Shown piece after piece: positions 45,667 through 60,528 of a DNA stretch of 64,000 nucleotides (positions are counted from its first letter, which is position 1; every line of letters starts with the position of its first letter). Location of the stretch: assembly GCF_964355755.1 (NCBI RefSeq), contig NC_092671.1, forward strand, positions 23,634,070 through 23,698,069, written 5' to 3'. Under the pieces are notes generated by a model. It was not told the origin of the DNA. It saw only the letters and a program-made list of their open reading frames with translations, and ran no database searches. The stretch comes from Antedon mediterranea (taxonomy: Eukaryota; Animalia; Echinodermata). Both the position numbers and the translations under genes were made by a program.

Positions 45667-46721
45667 CTAGAACAAATTGTAACAGAATTTCTTTTTTGTT
45701 TTGTCTGGTTGATATGTTCCAAATGAACATCATATCCAAAGTTTACCAAAATCTGATCGAGAAGTTGGTTAATTAGCATAAATTCAAAATGGCCGCTATT
45801 TACATTAATAATTTCAATTAGCATATTTAAATTACCATATGACGTACCTACAACGTCATATATTATGTTATATTATCCTATTCTAAAAAATGTATAAACT
45901 GCAGGAAAACAAGTTTCTTAACATTATCCAATGGATAATCGGACATCAAAAAGGGGTCAATTAGCATAAATTCAAAATGGCCAATATTTACTATATCATT
46001 TAGAAGTTATGTATCTTCATAACGTTGGTTTTAGACCACCCAAGTGCATACTAGGTGATACAAAGGTGATAATTAATCTTTCAAGTTAGCATATTTAATT
46101 ACCTTGTTATAAAATCATATTAAATCATATATGATGTTTCTGAACATTTTTCTGTTGAAATGAACATATCATTGGAAGGTTGTGTTGGAAATTATGCGTA
46201 CTATATGAAGTACCATAAGATAGTTATCATCATCATATCACATCATATTATATCACAGTAATGCTCATAATCATAAAGGAAAATGTAAAAACTGCATAAA
46301 ACCAACTTTCTTTAAAATTTTCCTGTTGAAATTGATCATTTACAAAAATCTCATTCTACAGAACATTTAACACACTTCTTATGTCCAATTTTGGATATGA
46401 TGTTCATTTCAACAGGAAGCTTATTTTCCTACAATTTCTACATAGGATAACATTTAAGTACTACCTTATGACGTCATAGGTACGTCATATGGTAATTTTA
46501 ATATTCTCATTGGAAAGATTAATACCACATTTATATCAACTCGTAATACACGTAAGGTGGTCTATAACCAAACGTTCAGGAGATACAAGGCTTCAAAATA
46601 GTAAAGGGTGGCCATTTTGAATTTATGTAATTAACTTCCTTTCCGATGTCCGATTTTGGTAAACTTTGGATAATATTATGTTTATTTGGACCATATCAAC
46701 CAGACAAAAATTCTGTTCTAG
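45667..46721. mobile_element. Foldback-like element with long imperfect inverted repeats
   Basis: TTTGTCTGGTTGATATG...CAAAGTTTACCAAAATC (45700-45755) is inverted at 46650-46710; further arms at 45830-46100 vs 46460-46630. Confidence 0.65.
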
Positions 46722-46722
46722 A

Positions 46723-46821
46723 TTATTAAAATGTTCAAGTTTAAAGGGAATATTATCATTATTATAATTATATTTTTTTTAATAATAATAATATTCGCTT
46801 TAAACTTGAACATTTTAATAA
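46723..46821. repeat. Hairpin with ~40-bp arms
   Basis: TTATTAAAATGTTCAAGTTTAAAG...CTTTAAACTTGAACATTTTAATAA. Confidence 0.8.
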
Positions 46822-47412
46822 AACTGACTACAAAAATAATGATAATATAGGTTAAGTATTGTTCGATCTGTAAGATTACCTTGTTTTTACTATTTCATTT
46901 TACTTATATAATTCGCTTCTTATTTAAGAATTAAATGTTATTTTTGATACTTTTTTGTTGTTTTTACATTGCCTTTGTAAATGAACGTGTGCCGCTGATA
47001 CAAAAGCGTTTGTTCAATAAATTTATCTTTATCTAACTCTAATTTTAACTTATTTTTACTGGACTAATCTCCTTATCCCCAGACCGTACTTGGAAATGTT
47101 CAGTCTTTTAGCTTTAATGCTCCTCCTTTAGATATCGGACAGTATTCATCTTACTCTTCCTTTACATTTTTTTCTTAAGAACCATCTCTTTTTAATTTAT
47201 TGTTTTCATTGATTTCCCTTTTGATTCTAATTTTCCATTATTTAATTTAACTTTGTTAATTTTTATAAATTCTATTTATTTATTTTAATTAAATTTTGAT
47301 TTGTATGTTATTGTATTTTTGCGAGGATCCACAATGATCAGCTTCGGCTGGATGGACCACCATTGTAAAATATTCAAATAAATAAAATCTTTACATTGCT
47401 TGAACATGTCCA

Positions 47413-47469
47413 TCATCTTAGTTGATTGCCCATCTGCCTAAGCACACTTACAACTAATTCTTTGAGTGT
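47413..47469 (-). CDS. MLX: MLX last coding exon (TLKELVVSVLRQMGNQLR*)
   Basis: AG acceptor at 47471-47470; TGA at 47415-47413. Confidence 0.88.
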   Translation of the reverse strand, partial: TLKELVVSVLRQMGNQLR

Positions 47470-50400
47470 CTGTCAATAAGAAAACATTACAATAATAATT
47501 ATTATTTTGATCCTTTTTGGGTAGTTTAAACTCATTTATGAAAACCAACATTGAATGAAAGTTTCTATTAGTGTAGTACTGTAATATTCTGTAAGTAATT
47601 AATTGGCATTTCTTGCATTTATATATCTTCACACATAATTAACTGGTACTGTACAATAGGTGACTGTATAAATCATACCTGTGGTTTACAATACTCTTCC
47701 AACCAACTAAAAACACAAGCAGAAAGTTCAGCAAAACTGGCAACAGAAATTGACTGATTAAAAGTTTCAAACTGTGCATCCATTATTGCTTTGAACTGTA
47801 TAAAACAACAAGTTTTTAATTTTGAATTAAAACACTAGATCTGTATTCATCATTCTTAAATGCTAGGTGTTTGTATGCGACGCACATAATGTAATGTCGC
47901 ACATACAATAAGTGAAAATTATCATTGGAAAAGTTTGATAAGCAAGCAATTTCTTTCAGCAGAAACAGGACATCTCATCTAAAACAAACCTGAGTTGCAT
48001 ATGGACATTTACTTTGGTATAAATTAGTGAATTTACAGTTTGAATCATAAAAAATGGTAAGCAAGTAAAAGTAAATAATTACATTAGTCCGTACACATAC
48101 CATTGAAAAGTGTGTTTTAATTGTCAATAACTAATTAGTAAACAGGGTTACATTAGGTGGTTAAAATCAGTACTAAAAGTATATAACAACTTTCTATAAC
48201 ATGCTATAGCATGCTAATGATATTCTTAACAAAATTCTTTGTAAGTTCAGCAAATGCTCTGTTAGTGTTAAATGCTTGCTGTTCAAATCTTATTGCATGA
48301 GTATGTATTGCACCTCTCTGTGGTCTAAGCACACCCAAAGTGCACTTAATGCCCTAAAGGTATGTTACAACAATGCTCTTCGATTATTGAAGATTGCCTA
48401 GACACTGCAGTGCTAGTGACATGTTTGTTAATAATGGCATCCCATCTTTTGGTGAGTACTGTAGCTAAAAAAATCTGTCTTTTCACTGTTACAGAGAATG
48501 TCTGCTAGCAAAAATGAAAGAATGTATTATGGTATCATCATTTGAATCATCCAGGCTCCAATACAAAATGATGGCAAGCCTGAAATGATCTAATACCGAT
48601 GTCTTTTCATTTTTTTGTTTGTGTTTGCCTTTTTTATCTAAACTTGTATTTTTTAAATTTTTATTTGACTTCTAATGTGATGCAATTGATCTTGTACCTA
48701 TGGACAGGCATATCCAAAAAAATGTTTTCACTATCCGTTGTAAATAATTGGAACAGTTTACCACACTATATTTGTTATGCTTCTTAAATATACAATTTTG
48801 AACGCATCTTGAAAATCATTGGAAAACTTTTTTAAACGCATCTTGACCATGGAGATACATGTCCTAAATTTGTTTTGCATGTATTTTTTTTTGTACATAC
48901 ATTAGCATGTTGAACATTTGCATATATATCGAAATCTTATTATATTTAAATATTTAAGATATTGAATTTTAAGGAATCTGGAAATTTTATCACAATTTTT
49001 ATATTTATAGTAGTTTATTATAATTTCTTTTTTTTTATGAAAATGTATTTTTGTACTGTTTGTATTGTATTGTCAATGCCCTCGTGATGCATGGTTAAAG
49101 CCCCCTTCCCTACGTTTTTTAGATCTAATTTAAGATCACAAACTATATTTAATGTAAAAATAATACTATATGGTCCTATTGCGATAACTTTTTTCGTCTT
49201 TAAACGGTTAAAAAGGTGAAAAATAAGTCGATTCTAATAATTATAGCGGCCCGCTATAAATCCCAAAATGCATTGCGCGCGGATTGATATTTTTGTTTTT
49301 CACCTGTAATTCGCCCACTTTTCGATCGATCGTGAGGCCAAAACAAATGGAAGACTCCTAACTTTTCAGCGAAAATACCGGGTTTTCCCCAATTTGTATC
49401 AACGGAGTCTGGCAAAAATAGAAAGACAATTAATGCAGCAACTATACAACGTCAGGCTAGGTATATAGCTAGCGTACGATGTTCGTACGTTACCGATGTT
49501 TACCAGCTAGGCCTACAAAACTAAGCCTAGCTAGGCTAGGCCTAAGACCGTCTACGAGAGGTCGATCGCCGCGAGCTACTTAGGTAGTGCATTGTTTCTC
49601 ACTTTTTATCATAATTTACCATAAAACGTACATTTAAGACAAGGGATGACATGGTTTAATGTTTTTAAAGTGATATATATGTATTATTTTCCAAAAAACG
49701 TCCAAAATTGCAGGGAAGGGGTCTTTAAATTTAAAAAATATAATAATAAAATTAGAAATTTAAATCATTTAAAAATTTGTAGCATAGAAAACCAAGAATG
49801 ATATTATACAAAACCGTAACTGGTTTATAGTCTAACAGTGAAGGTAAATCAAAGTAAATATGCCAGCATCTTTGATTTTTGCCAGGTAAAAACGCTGACC
49901 AATGATAAGACATTACTGCAATTATCAGTTTAAAGAAAAGCATTTTTTTGGTGTAATAGTCTTGTATAGTCAGTCTTTAGTTAGCAATGTAACTAGCTTT
50001 TTAAGTCTTTTATTTAGTTCATTTCGATGTGAAGCATGTTGTCACTTAAGTTTAAAGTGCTATATAAATCAATAATATTATTTTTATCTAGGCTTATGAC
50101 AGTGAATCTTTAGAGTTTGTGCATGTCCAGTCCGAGTTTTCAAATACCCATTTTTTTTCAGCCGTAGTAAGTAATAAGCTTCCATGTCATGAATATAGCT
50201 GCCTAAAAGGCATGGCGCAAAAACATAAAGAGGTTCTATGAACAAGATACTTACAACATTAAACTTGACATGGTCCGATACTTGGTTTTGCCCTTGACCA
50301 GGTTGACTCTGATGGGCCTTCACTATCTGTTCATAGTTACTAAATAGAAAACAATAAAAAATAAAACTAAAACAATTTAATATTCATTTTTTTTTACTAA

Positions 50401-53400
50401 GGTGCCTTCGGTAAATTATTGAAAATGACAATAACAATCCAAATACAGTACAAATTACAACATCAAATATAAAATAGAATCATTAAAATTTATAAAATGT
50501 TTAAGTAAAGATAATACAAAACATTAACATGTTTATACAATTTAAAATAAAATTTGTTAATTTTAAAATTTAGAAAATCGCCTTAATACACATATTTATG
50601 TTATGATTGCCATAACAACAAAACATATTTGCAAAAAAGTTTTTCATCAAACTCCAGTTTATTTCGATTTTAATATGCAGACGGAAATTTGACAACTTAT
50701 TCATGACATCACCTTAAACATTTGGGTGTCGATCAAGGCTCACATAAAAAAATCTGTAAATGCTGCAGTTGATACAATAAATACACTAGTATTATTTCAA
50801 AACGCAGCCATGAAGAAAAACGCACAGTAAGTCATGTGCACTGCCAGCACAGTTACAGTCCTATTTCCTACGTTTTTTAGATCTAAATTAAGAAGGTCAC
50901 AAACTACATTTATTGTAAAAATGAATACTATTATGGTCCTACTACGATAACTTTTTTCATCTTTAAACGATTAAAAATGTGAAAAATAAGTTGATTCTAA
51001 TAATTTAAGCATGCATTGCGTGCAAACTCTTAACTTTTCAAAAAAATACTGGGTTTCCCACAATTTGTATTCTGGCAAAAAAAGAAAGACAATTAATGCA
51101 GCAACTTATGCAGTTACTGCTGGACCTACAAAACTAAGCCTAGCTAGGCTAGGCCTAAAGACTGTCCCCGAGCGGAATTCACCACAAGTTATTTAGTAGT
51201 GCATTGTTTCTTTCTTTTTATCATAATTTACCATAAAACGTACATTTAAAACAAGGAATGACCTGGTTTAATGTTTTTAAAGTAATACTTATGCATTATT
51301 TTACAAAATGTCAACAATTGTAGGAAATGGGTCTTTCACAGTGCACGGTTAACCCAGAAAGCTTTATAACAGCACCCATTCAATCTAATAAATTTCTGAT
51401 TTGTCAAAATGGTCAGTCACATGATATCAGATTACGAGGAAGATAACCAATACATTCGATTTTTATCATACTAACATTTCCCAATCTTCAAGAATTTCTA
51501 TATTATTTTATGATAATGCACAAATAAAGCATTTAAATATTCAGTATTTTTTTAACCAAACAGTTCAATTAATTAGATTAATTAAAATAATGACACCCCC
51601 GTAATTAATTCGTATATAAACTGAAAAACGTATTCGTTTCTACCTGTATCAGGTCATCAGTAAAACATTACAAATAAACATAATTATGTCAACGAACCTG
51701 TTTACAATTATTTTGTTTCTGTATCTACAATATTGTTTCATTAATCAACTGTAAGAAAGCTGTATCACAGGTCATCAGTTAAAAAACATAGAATTATGTC
51801 AATGAATCTTCACCGATCCCACCAGGGTTCTTGGGTTCAAATCCATGATGTCAGGGATTTTATCCCAGTACAAAATATAATTTATATATCGATAAAGATT
51901 CGGCTGATCATGTCCCATACAACGTATACAAAATACTATTCCCGACAGACAATCAGATGTTGAATGTTTTTTTTCTTGTGTTAAAGAAAGATAAGCAATT
52001 ACAATAGTTTGTTTGCCATTTTGTTACAAATTCAAAATATAATTATATTTAGGATATTTTAAATCCGATTGTACTGTTGTATTTAGGATTCGATTGTATT
52101 ATAGTGTTTTGATTCTGAACGTACTGTAGTACTGTATATAGGATGTCCCAGTAGGCCTAATATTTAATATATAATAAATATATGTTTAAATCCGGATTGT
52201 ACAGTAAATATAGTATGGTAGGCATATAATATTTAAGATAAATGTCATTGTAACATTGTGTTTATTGTAGTATTTAAGATGTGTAAATCCTGATTGTAAT
52301 ATAGGTACAGTATATAGTATTGCTTGTTTTATTATTTTATAGTAATATTGTTTTAAAATCTTGGCATTCCCTAAAAGTGACCTAATAATCAATAACATGT
52401 CTTCATTAAATGTACATGCTTTTTTCTGTATTTTTCCTTGTACTGTAGGTTACATAACAAGACATCTGTTGTCTTCCCTTTCAATAGACACCCTTCTCTA
52501 CATAAAACAATACACACACACCCGTATTATAACAATTGTATACAGTAGTCCATACAGGTCGAAGGTGGCCAAAAACAGCACCTGATCCTCTTGGGTATTA
52601 AATTCACCTATGAATATGCAATAATAACAACTACCAAATTGACAGTATTGCAAATACTAGGCCCAGTAGCTAGGAGGGTGGTAATGTAGGCCTACTTCAA
52701 TTGTTGTGCACACGATGGTCACATCCACATAGGTCGTAGTCGACTTTTATCGATAGGTAGGTAGATATACATTAAGTGGACATTTACATTGACATGCCAG
52801 TGGACAAATGACGTAATGAACTTGGGATATGACCTTATTGTTGTAATCTATATCGTACTGTAGCGCTTTTTTCGTGGTACAGGCTTAAGTCAGGCTAAGT
52901 GTGTAGCTTAGGCCTAGTCGAGATCCTAAATTTCTGAACGAAGGCTGGTGCCCCAGTGATAAAATAACCTGTATTATTAAAAGCTTTATTTCAAATAACC
53001 AATACAATTAAATAATTCACAGTTTGCAAAGATAATTTGACTGAAATTCAATTTACAACATTCTCAAAAATGCTCAAATTTGCCTTAATTGTACATGAAT
53101 AAAATGCCTGTACAAACTATCAATTTCATTGTGAAATGCTAAAAAAATGAATATGAACTTACGCTTTCATAATCTTAAGAGCCATGACTTCTTTGCGTAA
53201 TGCTTCAATGTTATCATCTTGTTCTTTTCTCTTTTTTACAAGATGCTGGATGTAGTCAATAGCTTAATAATAACAAAAAAACATTTCACTATATTAATAA
53301 TCCGATAAAAACATGACTACAGCCAAATAAGTAGATTAATTATTCGTTCATAAACTGGAAATTTGGCTTGCCTTTGGCAATTAAATAAAACTAGATGTAT

Positions 53401-54525
53401 GCTCGCTTCGCTTGCGTACCATTTAGGTCGGGCCAACGATGTTTCTGAAATACACAGTAATTTCAGCGTAAAAAAACTGGCGATTTCAAATGTAGATACC
53501 GTACAGAAACAAATAAATAGACACAATGATTTATTTAGTCAACTAAAATTAGCACCCTGGGAATTACTTCCGAAAGAGGAACTTCAAACAAAATGAGTTT
53601 TTGATTTAGACTCATTTAAACAAACCCAATTTGTGTTTTGTATGTAACATTAGGGTTGGAGATGGGGAAGAGGACAAAGTTACAAACGCAAAGAGGAACA
53701 AATTTTAAATATATTCTTTATCCACTCAGTAACTAAATATTTTTCCATGTTTTATAGGCCTATATATAATATACCACTAAATACAGTAAAACATTTGCAA
53801 TTTAAAAATTTGTTAAAACTGTCACTGTCATAGTTAATTGAAATAGTATTAAAAGTACATGTAACGATACACTACTATGACGTTTATATTTTTTGTAATT
53901 ATTAATTAATGCAAACGTTGAGAAGCAACTTTCAGAAATAAAGTTCATTTGTATATGTTTTTTATATAATATAATAAAATAAAAACTATGAAGTTGGTTA
54001 CTTCATGGTGCTTTATTACTACAAATTTGTTTCATATGACCAGCAAAGCTGGCCACACTCATCAGGTAATGTACATTCATTCATGCTTTGCCCATAAATT
54101 AAACCAAATACTTATACTGGGAGACTGAGAGATTGGAATGTTCCATTCATCGCAAATCAATACATTTGTATAAACGTATATTAAATCTATCAAAATAGTA
54201 TTTTTTAAAGATAATCTTCCAACATTTTGTACTCGGTTTTCAGCTATTAAAAACAATTATCGTACAGGGAGATAGGTATCCGAGATTGCATCTAGTTTTG
54301 TTTGTACAATAATGAATACATAAATATGTATTTTAAATAGTAATACTGCAATACAGTACACAAATTTACACATTATATTATGGTCTTTAATAACTTGGAG
54401 TGGATGCCTTCAAATAGTACATGCTTACATCGTTGTAAAACAGTGGCTTTAGACAGTTTTCCAGAACCAAGAGGATCTGACTGATGACATGTTGGAACAA
54501 TACATTGCAAATCTTCATAACCTTT
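47413..54525 (-). CDS. MLX: Max-like protein X (bHLH-Zip transcription factor MLX); 5'-partial, 5 coding exons in window
   Basis: Minus-strand GT-AG exons 54525-54429, 53262-53163, 50339-50255, 47795-47679 and 47469-47413 join in frame. They give KGYEDLQCIVPTC...KLSKATVLQRSIDYIQHL...ALKIMKANYEQIVKAHQ...VSDHVKFNVFKAIMD...ISVASFAELSACVFSWLEEYCKPQTLKELVVSVLRQMGNQLR*, matching the MLX HLH, zipper and C-terminal domain. The basic-region exon was not found and is presumed beyond 64000. Confidence 0.93.
47679..47795 (-). CDS. MLX: MLX exon (FKAIMD...SWLEEYCKPQ)
   Basis: canonical splice sites. Confidence 0.92.
49095..49728 (+). mobile_element. Kolobok-like MITE, full length, in an MLX intron
   Basis: TTAA on both sides; TIRs AGCCCCCTTCCCTAC / GCAGGGAAGGGGTCT. 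Confidence 0.8.
50255..50339 (-). CDS. MLX: MLX exon (NYEQIVKAHQ...VKFNV)
   Basis: canonical splice sites. Confidence 0.92.
50858..51336 (+). mobile_element. Older diverged copy of the same Kolobok-like MITE
   Basis: Colinear similarity to 49099-49724 with deletions. Confidence 0.7.
53163..53262 (-). CDS. MLX: MLX exon (IDYIQHL...ALKIMK)
   Basis: canonical splice sites; helix 2 and zipper. Confidence 0.92.
54429..54525 (-). CDS. MLX: MLX exon (KGYEDLQCIVPTC...KLSKATVLQR)
   Basis: canonical splice sites on minus strand. Confidence 0.9.
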
Positions 54526-55489
54526 CTGAAATTACAATAAAAAAGTATTTCAGCATTATTAAAGTTAAGTTAAACTACCATAACTTTCCTAATTTATTTT
54601 TTTTCAAGGTTTGTATTGCGAATAAATTAAGATTTGAGGTACACCCTGTGCTTTAAAAAAAGGAAGTTCAGAATGTCTCAACACCTTTGTTATGTCTTCT
54701 GGGGTAATGAAACTAAGTCAAGTTGAAGAGCATAGTCTAAAAAATGTATTTGCACAAATTTAATATATATTTTAACACTTTATTTTATGACGGTGACATC
54801 TCAATGGTGTAAGGGCCGTAAGGAACTTCATTACAACGGAATACAAATAGTAGAATAGGAAAAAAAAGAATATTTTTCAATTATAAATGCAATACCAAAT
54901 CAATGGAAAAAAATAGTAACATCACCAATTGTCGAAAATGTAAACAATAAATATGTAGATATATTAATTATTAATATAATAATATACTAAAAAACAAATC
55001 TTTGATATTTTATAGAAACATTGTTAATAAAAAAGCCTCCGTTCCAATATCTCAAGCAAAGTGGGAATTTTAATTAGGCATCGAGTTAAATTGACATAAA
55101 ATATTTGTTAACAGAAGTTGTTATCTATAAACATATAGTTAAAGTTTGCCAATTTAATTATGGAAGTTGGTCAAAACTGATATATTTCTTTGTAAAACAA
55201 TCCAACCATTCTGGAGAAACGAAACACGGCATCAAATTTTTAGTTGTAGAAACATTGTTATAGGGAATACTAACAGCAAACTCATAAATGAATTCCTTTC
55301 TATTTTCTGTTTTTGTATATGTCATGTATAACCTATAATAATTCAATAAATTAAGAAAACATTTCACAAACATTAGAACATATACAAAACGGTACTTTCC
55401 AATTTAATTAATATATGAACATCTAACTTTACAAAAAATGAGCTAACGTAATGTAAACTGTTAGACTTTTTTAGTACGTTAGATATTTA

Positions 55490-55700
55490 TGAATATATAT
55501 CTATGCTCGGCCGTATCATGACGAGGATGTAAAAGATTCACCATCCAATTGAATTTGAACAATACCATAAAAACCCCAGTGTTCTAAGGTTAAGAAAATC
55601 TGCATATCAAGCAAATTGTTCCGGGGTCAAATCTTGGTTGTGGGGACTTTTCCATCCATATCGTTTTTTTCTGTGCCTGTGATGAGTATATGTATATATT
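55490..55700 (+). mobile_element. Diverged copy of the tRNA-containing (TA)n-associated element
   Basis: ATCCAAT..A.TT.GAACAATACCAT and TCTGCATATCAAGCA shared with 63500-63610. Confidence 0.6.
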
Positions 55701-55763
55701 GAATAGCTATACAAATCTCTTAATATTGATGTATAAATTTATTCCTTTTTACTATATATATAT

Positions 55764-55887
55764 ACAGTACAGCTAAAAATTACTGCAAAGTAACCCACGT
55801 TCCAGCTTTGTGGCTATGAGGTATTGTTTTGAGGCTACAAAAGGTTACGCGTGGGAAAAAAGCAGTAATTCATAGCTGTACTGTGTA
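55764..55887. mobile_element. Short MITE
   Basis: TIR-like ACAGTACAGCTA..AATTACTGC / GCAGTAATT..TAGCTGTACTGT; related sequence at ~16247-16440. Confidence 0.55.
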
Positions 55888-57293
55888 CATATAGTGAGAA
55901 GTCGTTAAATGTATTTCATAGATCTACTATATTATTACACTCTTTTAATTTCATTAAAGACATCATTCCATTCTAAATATCTTATTTTCAAACTTTGCAT
56001 TCTACTTTACTCATCTCATCTATTTTTGTCTTGGTGAAAATGAAGGGTATTTTATATTCCTCCCCTGAGTTTATATCCTCCGTACCCGAACATGAACATT
56101 ATAGAATAATGACCACTGTCAAAAGTTTTAATCAATTGTTATCATCTTTTTATTGCCATTTTGTTATTATTTATTTTATTATTTTATATATTTCAATTAA
56201 TTAAAAAGTAAAATAATGAATGCAAATGTGGTTTTAAAAACATCAACATGAATCATTTTATTTATATACAGTAAAAGCAAATGGTATTTATTGCAACTAC
56301 TTTTAACAGGAAAATATGTTTACAAAATATAAATGTACACATACATATAAATATTTATAACAGAGTATGATAATAAAAGTGGGACGAACCCAGACAAGAC
56401 ACAAAAAAAAAAACTTGATGCAATACTTAAACACAGTGATAACAGTAGCTGGATGAGACTTGAGAGTGATTTTGTTTTTGACTTATGGCTTTGTAAAATG
56501 TGAATAACACTGTTAAAATTCTTGATGAGTTTGGTTAGATGTTCCAAACAAATTATTATGGTGAGATGAAGGAAATTCTATGACTACAACCAGCCATCTT
56601 TTCGACTAAATAGTAAATCCACTGGTAAAGCTAGAAAATGATAATAAACACAGCATGGGGCGTCCAAAATTGTAGGTCACAAATACACCTATGAGATTAA
56701 TTAAAGCAAATTTCACCTTTGACATGAACAATCACAAATTAGCACTTTACTTATTTCTAAACCAATGTACCAAGAGCAATGATCTGTCACATTAATATTA
56801 TTCCTACTCATCTATCTACCAGTGGCGTAACAGGCGGCGGGGGGGGGGGGGGGGAGGGGCAGGGGGCGGAATACCCCCTTGGCGGAATACCGGGTTGAGA
56901 AGCGTTCGATCGGGCTGGGTAACAAGTAAAAAAAAATAAAATAAAATAAAATACAAAGAAGGGATAGAAGAAAGAAAAAGAAAGAAAATATAAGATAATA
57001 AAATATACGATATATGATATGGCTTCAAATGAGTCAAATGAGTCCCAGTACAGTACAATATTCAAGATGATATGAAATACACAAAATCCTGACTGACAAA
57101 CTCGTGGGAAGACGCACTGCTTATCAGCACATTAACATGCGGTCAGTTGACTGTGGTTTTTGGCGTCTTTTATCTAAGCCGCCATGCATTTGCCGAGTTG
57201 CCTACCTGTAAGGGCATTACAGCATTTCATTCACTCCCGGACAGGCATTCACTTTCTTTTCGCATAGAATAAAATTATTAAATTCATTCCGCG

Positions 57294-60200
57294 ATGTTTT
57301 CAAAAGAACGAACAAAGTGTTTTTATTGCAAAAAAACATTAAGAAGAGATAGGCTGCGAAGCCACATTTTGACTGTCCACGGTGCAAAGTTTAGGTACAG
57401 AGAGTCAGTACCACCAGGAGGAGGGTTGCACAGATTTACAACAAGATCAGACAACAGGCCTACGACTAATCTTAGAGAGGAAGACCAATCTGTGACTCAT
57501 TTGCAGCCCCAAACTATTGTGCCAATGGAAATTGAGGTAGGACTGTATAATAAAGCAAATTGTATGATAATATTAAATAGGCCTACATCATTAAAAAAAA
57601 ATTAAATAATAAATTATTGTAGGTAAAAATGGTTAATGTTTTGTAGTCAGTTGATAGTGAAAGTATGTAGATAAATGACGTGTATAATCTATGGGACGTA
57701 AGATCCGCTTATCAGAACGATTCTAAAAAATGTTAACATTAATATTATACATATTTTTATACAGGTCCAACCAGAGACGCATGCGCATGACTTCGGGACA
57801 GTTGGGGTATCGTATATTTCAATTTCTAAACACTAGTGCCAATAATAACAATACTACAGTACAGTATTTAATTGGTTATCCGCTCTTTTGATAGTATAGT
57901 TATTAAGTTAAGATAAATGTATAACTCTACTCGATTCATCATTCGTCACATCACATATCACTATATTGTAAGATAAATATCTGAGCATCGTAATGATTAA
58001 ATTCAATAAGTATACACCTTATTACTTTCAACAGGACCTGGACCAGTGGAATGATAGCAGTGATGTAGAAACCGACACTTTAAAAACAGCAATCGGAAAC
58101 GTTTCCAAACTACAAGACGACAAAGACGCACAATTAAGTGAGCCAACAATCGAGCCTAAAGACATGAACATACTTCAAATAGAAGAAATCCAGAAAGAAT
58201 CGATTTCGCTATTGCTCGATCCACAAATTCGTTTCCAACAGATCCAGCACTGTTTGTGAACAAAATAAGAACACCAGCGTTTGTTCGGGCAGTTATGGAA
58301 AAAGGTCCATGTCAACCAGGACTACATGAACCCTTTAAATTTCCACAAAATAAATTATTGAGATCATTCCGACCGTCCTGGTATTACAGGGATATGAAAA
58401 ATGGCCTTAAATCTGTTAGAGATTGGCTAGTATATTCAGTAAAGAAAGATTGTGCATACTGTTTTCCGTGTTGGCTGTTTGCAGATAGATTAGATAATCA
58501 TTTCAATTCATCATTTATAGAACCTGCGCATGGATTCGTCAAGTGGAAGAAAGCTACAGAGAAGTTTCGCGCTCACGAACAGTCATCTATTCATCACGAT
58601 TCTGTAAGACAATTTGTAGCGACCACCAAACGTCTTAACATTGGCATGACTGTAGACAAACAGCAACTCAGAGTGTATGAGCAGCAAATTGCGCAAAATA
58701 GAGCGGTGTTGCACCGTCTGCTTGATATAACATTCTTTTTGGCCAAACAGAACCTTGCATTTCGGGGACACAGAGAACTTCGATTTAGTTGTACAAGCAA
58801 AGTAAAAAGTGAAAATGAAGGCAACTTTTTAGAATTAGTTAAGCTTCTGTCCAAATACGATGGGGTATTGGCAAAGCACATAGCCACAAGTCCTCGACAT
58901 GCCATGTACATGAGTCCTAAGATTCAGAATGACTTTATAAACGCACTTTCTGAGGAAGTTACACGAATGATACTGTCGCATGTCACAAGTGCTCACTTCT
59001 ATGGTGTTATACTTGATAGCACAATTGATGTTTCACACAAAGACCAGTTATCGTTCTGTTTGCGATACGTAGATGATACCTTTGTTATTCAAGAACGCTT
59101 TTTGCAGTTTGCAGATTTAAAGTCTAGCAACTCAGAAAATTTGTTCAAACAATTAAAAGTGCTTTTGGAAAAACATGGATTAGATATAAAGCGGATTCGT
59201 TGTCAGTCATATGATGGAGCCAACAACATGTCTGGTCATTTAACTGGTTTGCAGGCTTGCGTAAAAAAAGAAAACTCGTCTGCTACATGTGTACACTGCT
59301 GTGCACATAATTTAAACTTGGTACTGGTACACGCGTGTAATGGATGTGTTGATGCTGTAACTTTTTTTGGGACAGTGCAAAAGCTCTATACATTTATCAC
59401 CGGGAGCCACCCACGACTGGATATCTTTCAAGATGCTCAAGACGAGCTTAAAATGAAGAGAACAACTTTGCAAAGGTTATGCGAAACTCGAAGGTACTGT
59501 AAGTACAAAGCAGTAAAGGCTGTTAAAGATACTTACCCAGCAATGTTATTAGCTTTAGAGAAGATTGTAGGAAGGGAGAAAACTCCTGAAAATGTAGGGG
59601 AAGCACAGGGCCTATTAGATGCCATCAGCAAGTTTGAGTTTTTAGTTCTATTGGAAATGTGGATAAACATTTTAGCAGACATCAACATTCTTTCTGAATA
59701 CCTTCAGAAAATAAAGATAGACGTGGTTACTGCGTCAGCTATGATTACAAGCACAACTGAAATAGTAACTAAAAGACGATCAGAAGAGCATTTTAGGGAA
59801 TGCATAAATACAGCAACGTCCATTGCTGCAGAAGAGGAACTCACTGCGACATTCACAAGGCGAAGACTTCGTAGACGAAAAAGAATGCCAGGAGAACAAG
59901 CTACTGATGAACCCCCATGAAGATCCAAAAGACAGATTCAGAAGAGACGTATTTTATTTTATATACGATAAGATTATTAATGAACTTTAAAACAGATTTG
60001 CTGATTTCCATAACCGGGTTAGACCTTTCGGCTGCTTAATGCCTGCTAATTTGGGAAAAATGGACATGTTCAGTGATTTAGCTAGGTCATACTCGGAAGA
60101 TATTGATATTGGACTAGCTGAAAAAGAATATGAACAGTTTTGCTTGCTGTATAAAGAACTTAAACCTGAGAAAGGAACTATTGAAACTTTGCAAGATATG

Positions 60201-60485
60201 CTGCATTGGGTTTTCAAAAATAGTTTACACACTGCATATCCAAACATGGGAATCCTTTTTCGCATATTTGCAACAATATCGGTGGCTTCTGCCACAGCAG
60301 AAAGATCATTCAGTAAGTTGAAACTCGTTAAAAACTACTTGCGGTCAACCATGGGAGAAGAACGGCTATCATCATTAACCCTAATATCAGTTGAAAGAGA
60401 CCTTTCTGAAAATGCAAACTTTGACAGCGTTATCAACACATTTAGTCGCATGACAGTTACAGGAAGACGAAATATTCAACTTTGA
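57294..60485 (+). pseudogene. hAT transposase (ZMYM1/DUF4371-type with hATC dimerisation domain), spliced, frameshifted
   Basis: Exons 57294-57536 (C2H2-like CFYC...H...H), 57766-57807 and 58035-60485. Motifs WLVYS...AYCFPC, LAFRGH, GNFLEL, Y.SPKIQN, ILDST.DVSH.DQL, SYDGA.NM.G, HC.AH.LNL, A.AERSFSKLK..K.YLRSTM...RL. Frameshifts near 58200 and 59918-59990. Confidence 0.88.
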
Positions 60486-60528
60486 ATGCTTATAAAATTC
60501 AAATGATCACAGACAAAGTGGACAATTA

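Noticed and set aside
58256-59920. Host ZMYM1 gene
   Set aside because: Similarity is the hAT transposase core; it is frameshifted and bounded by hAT-like termini.
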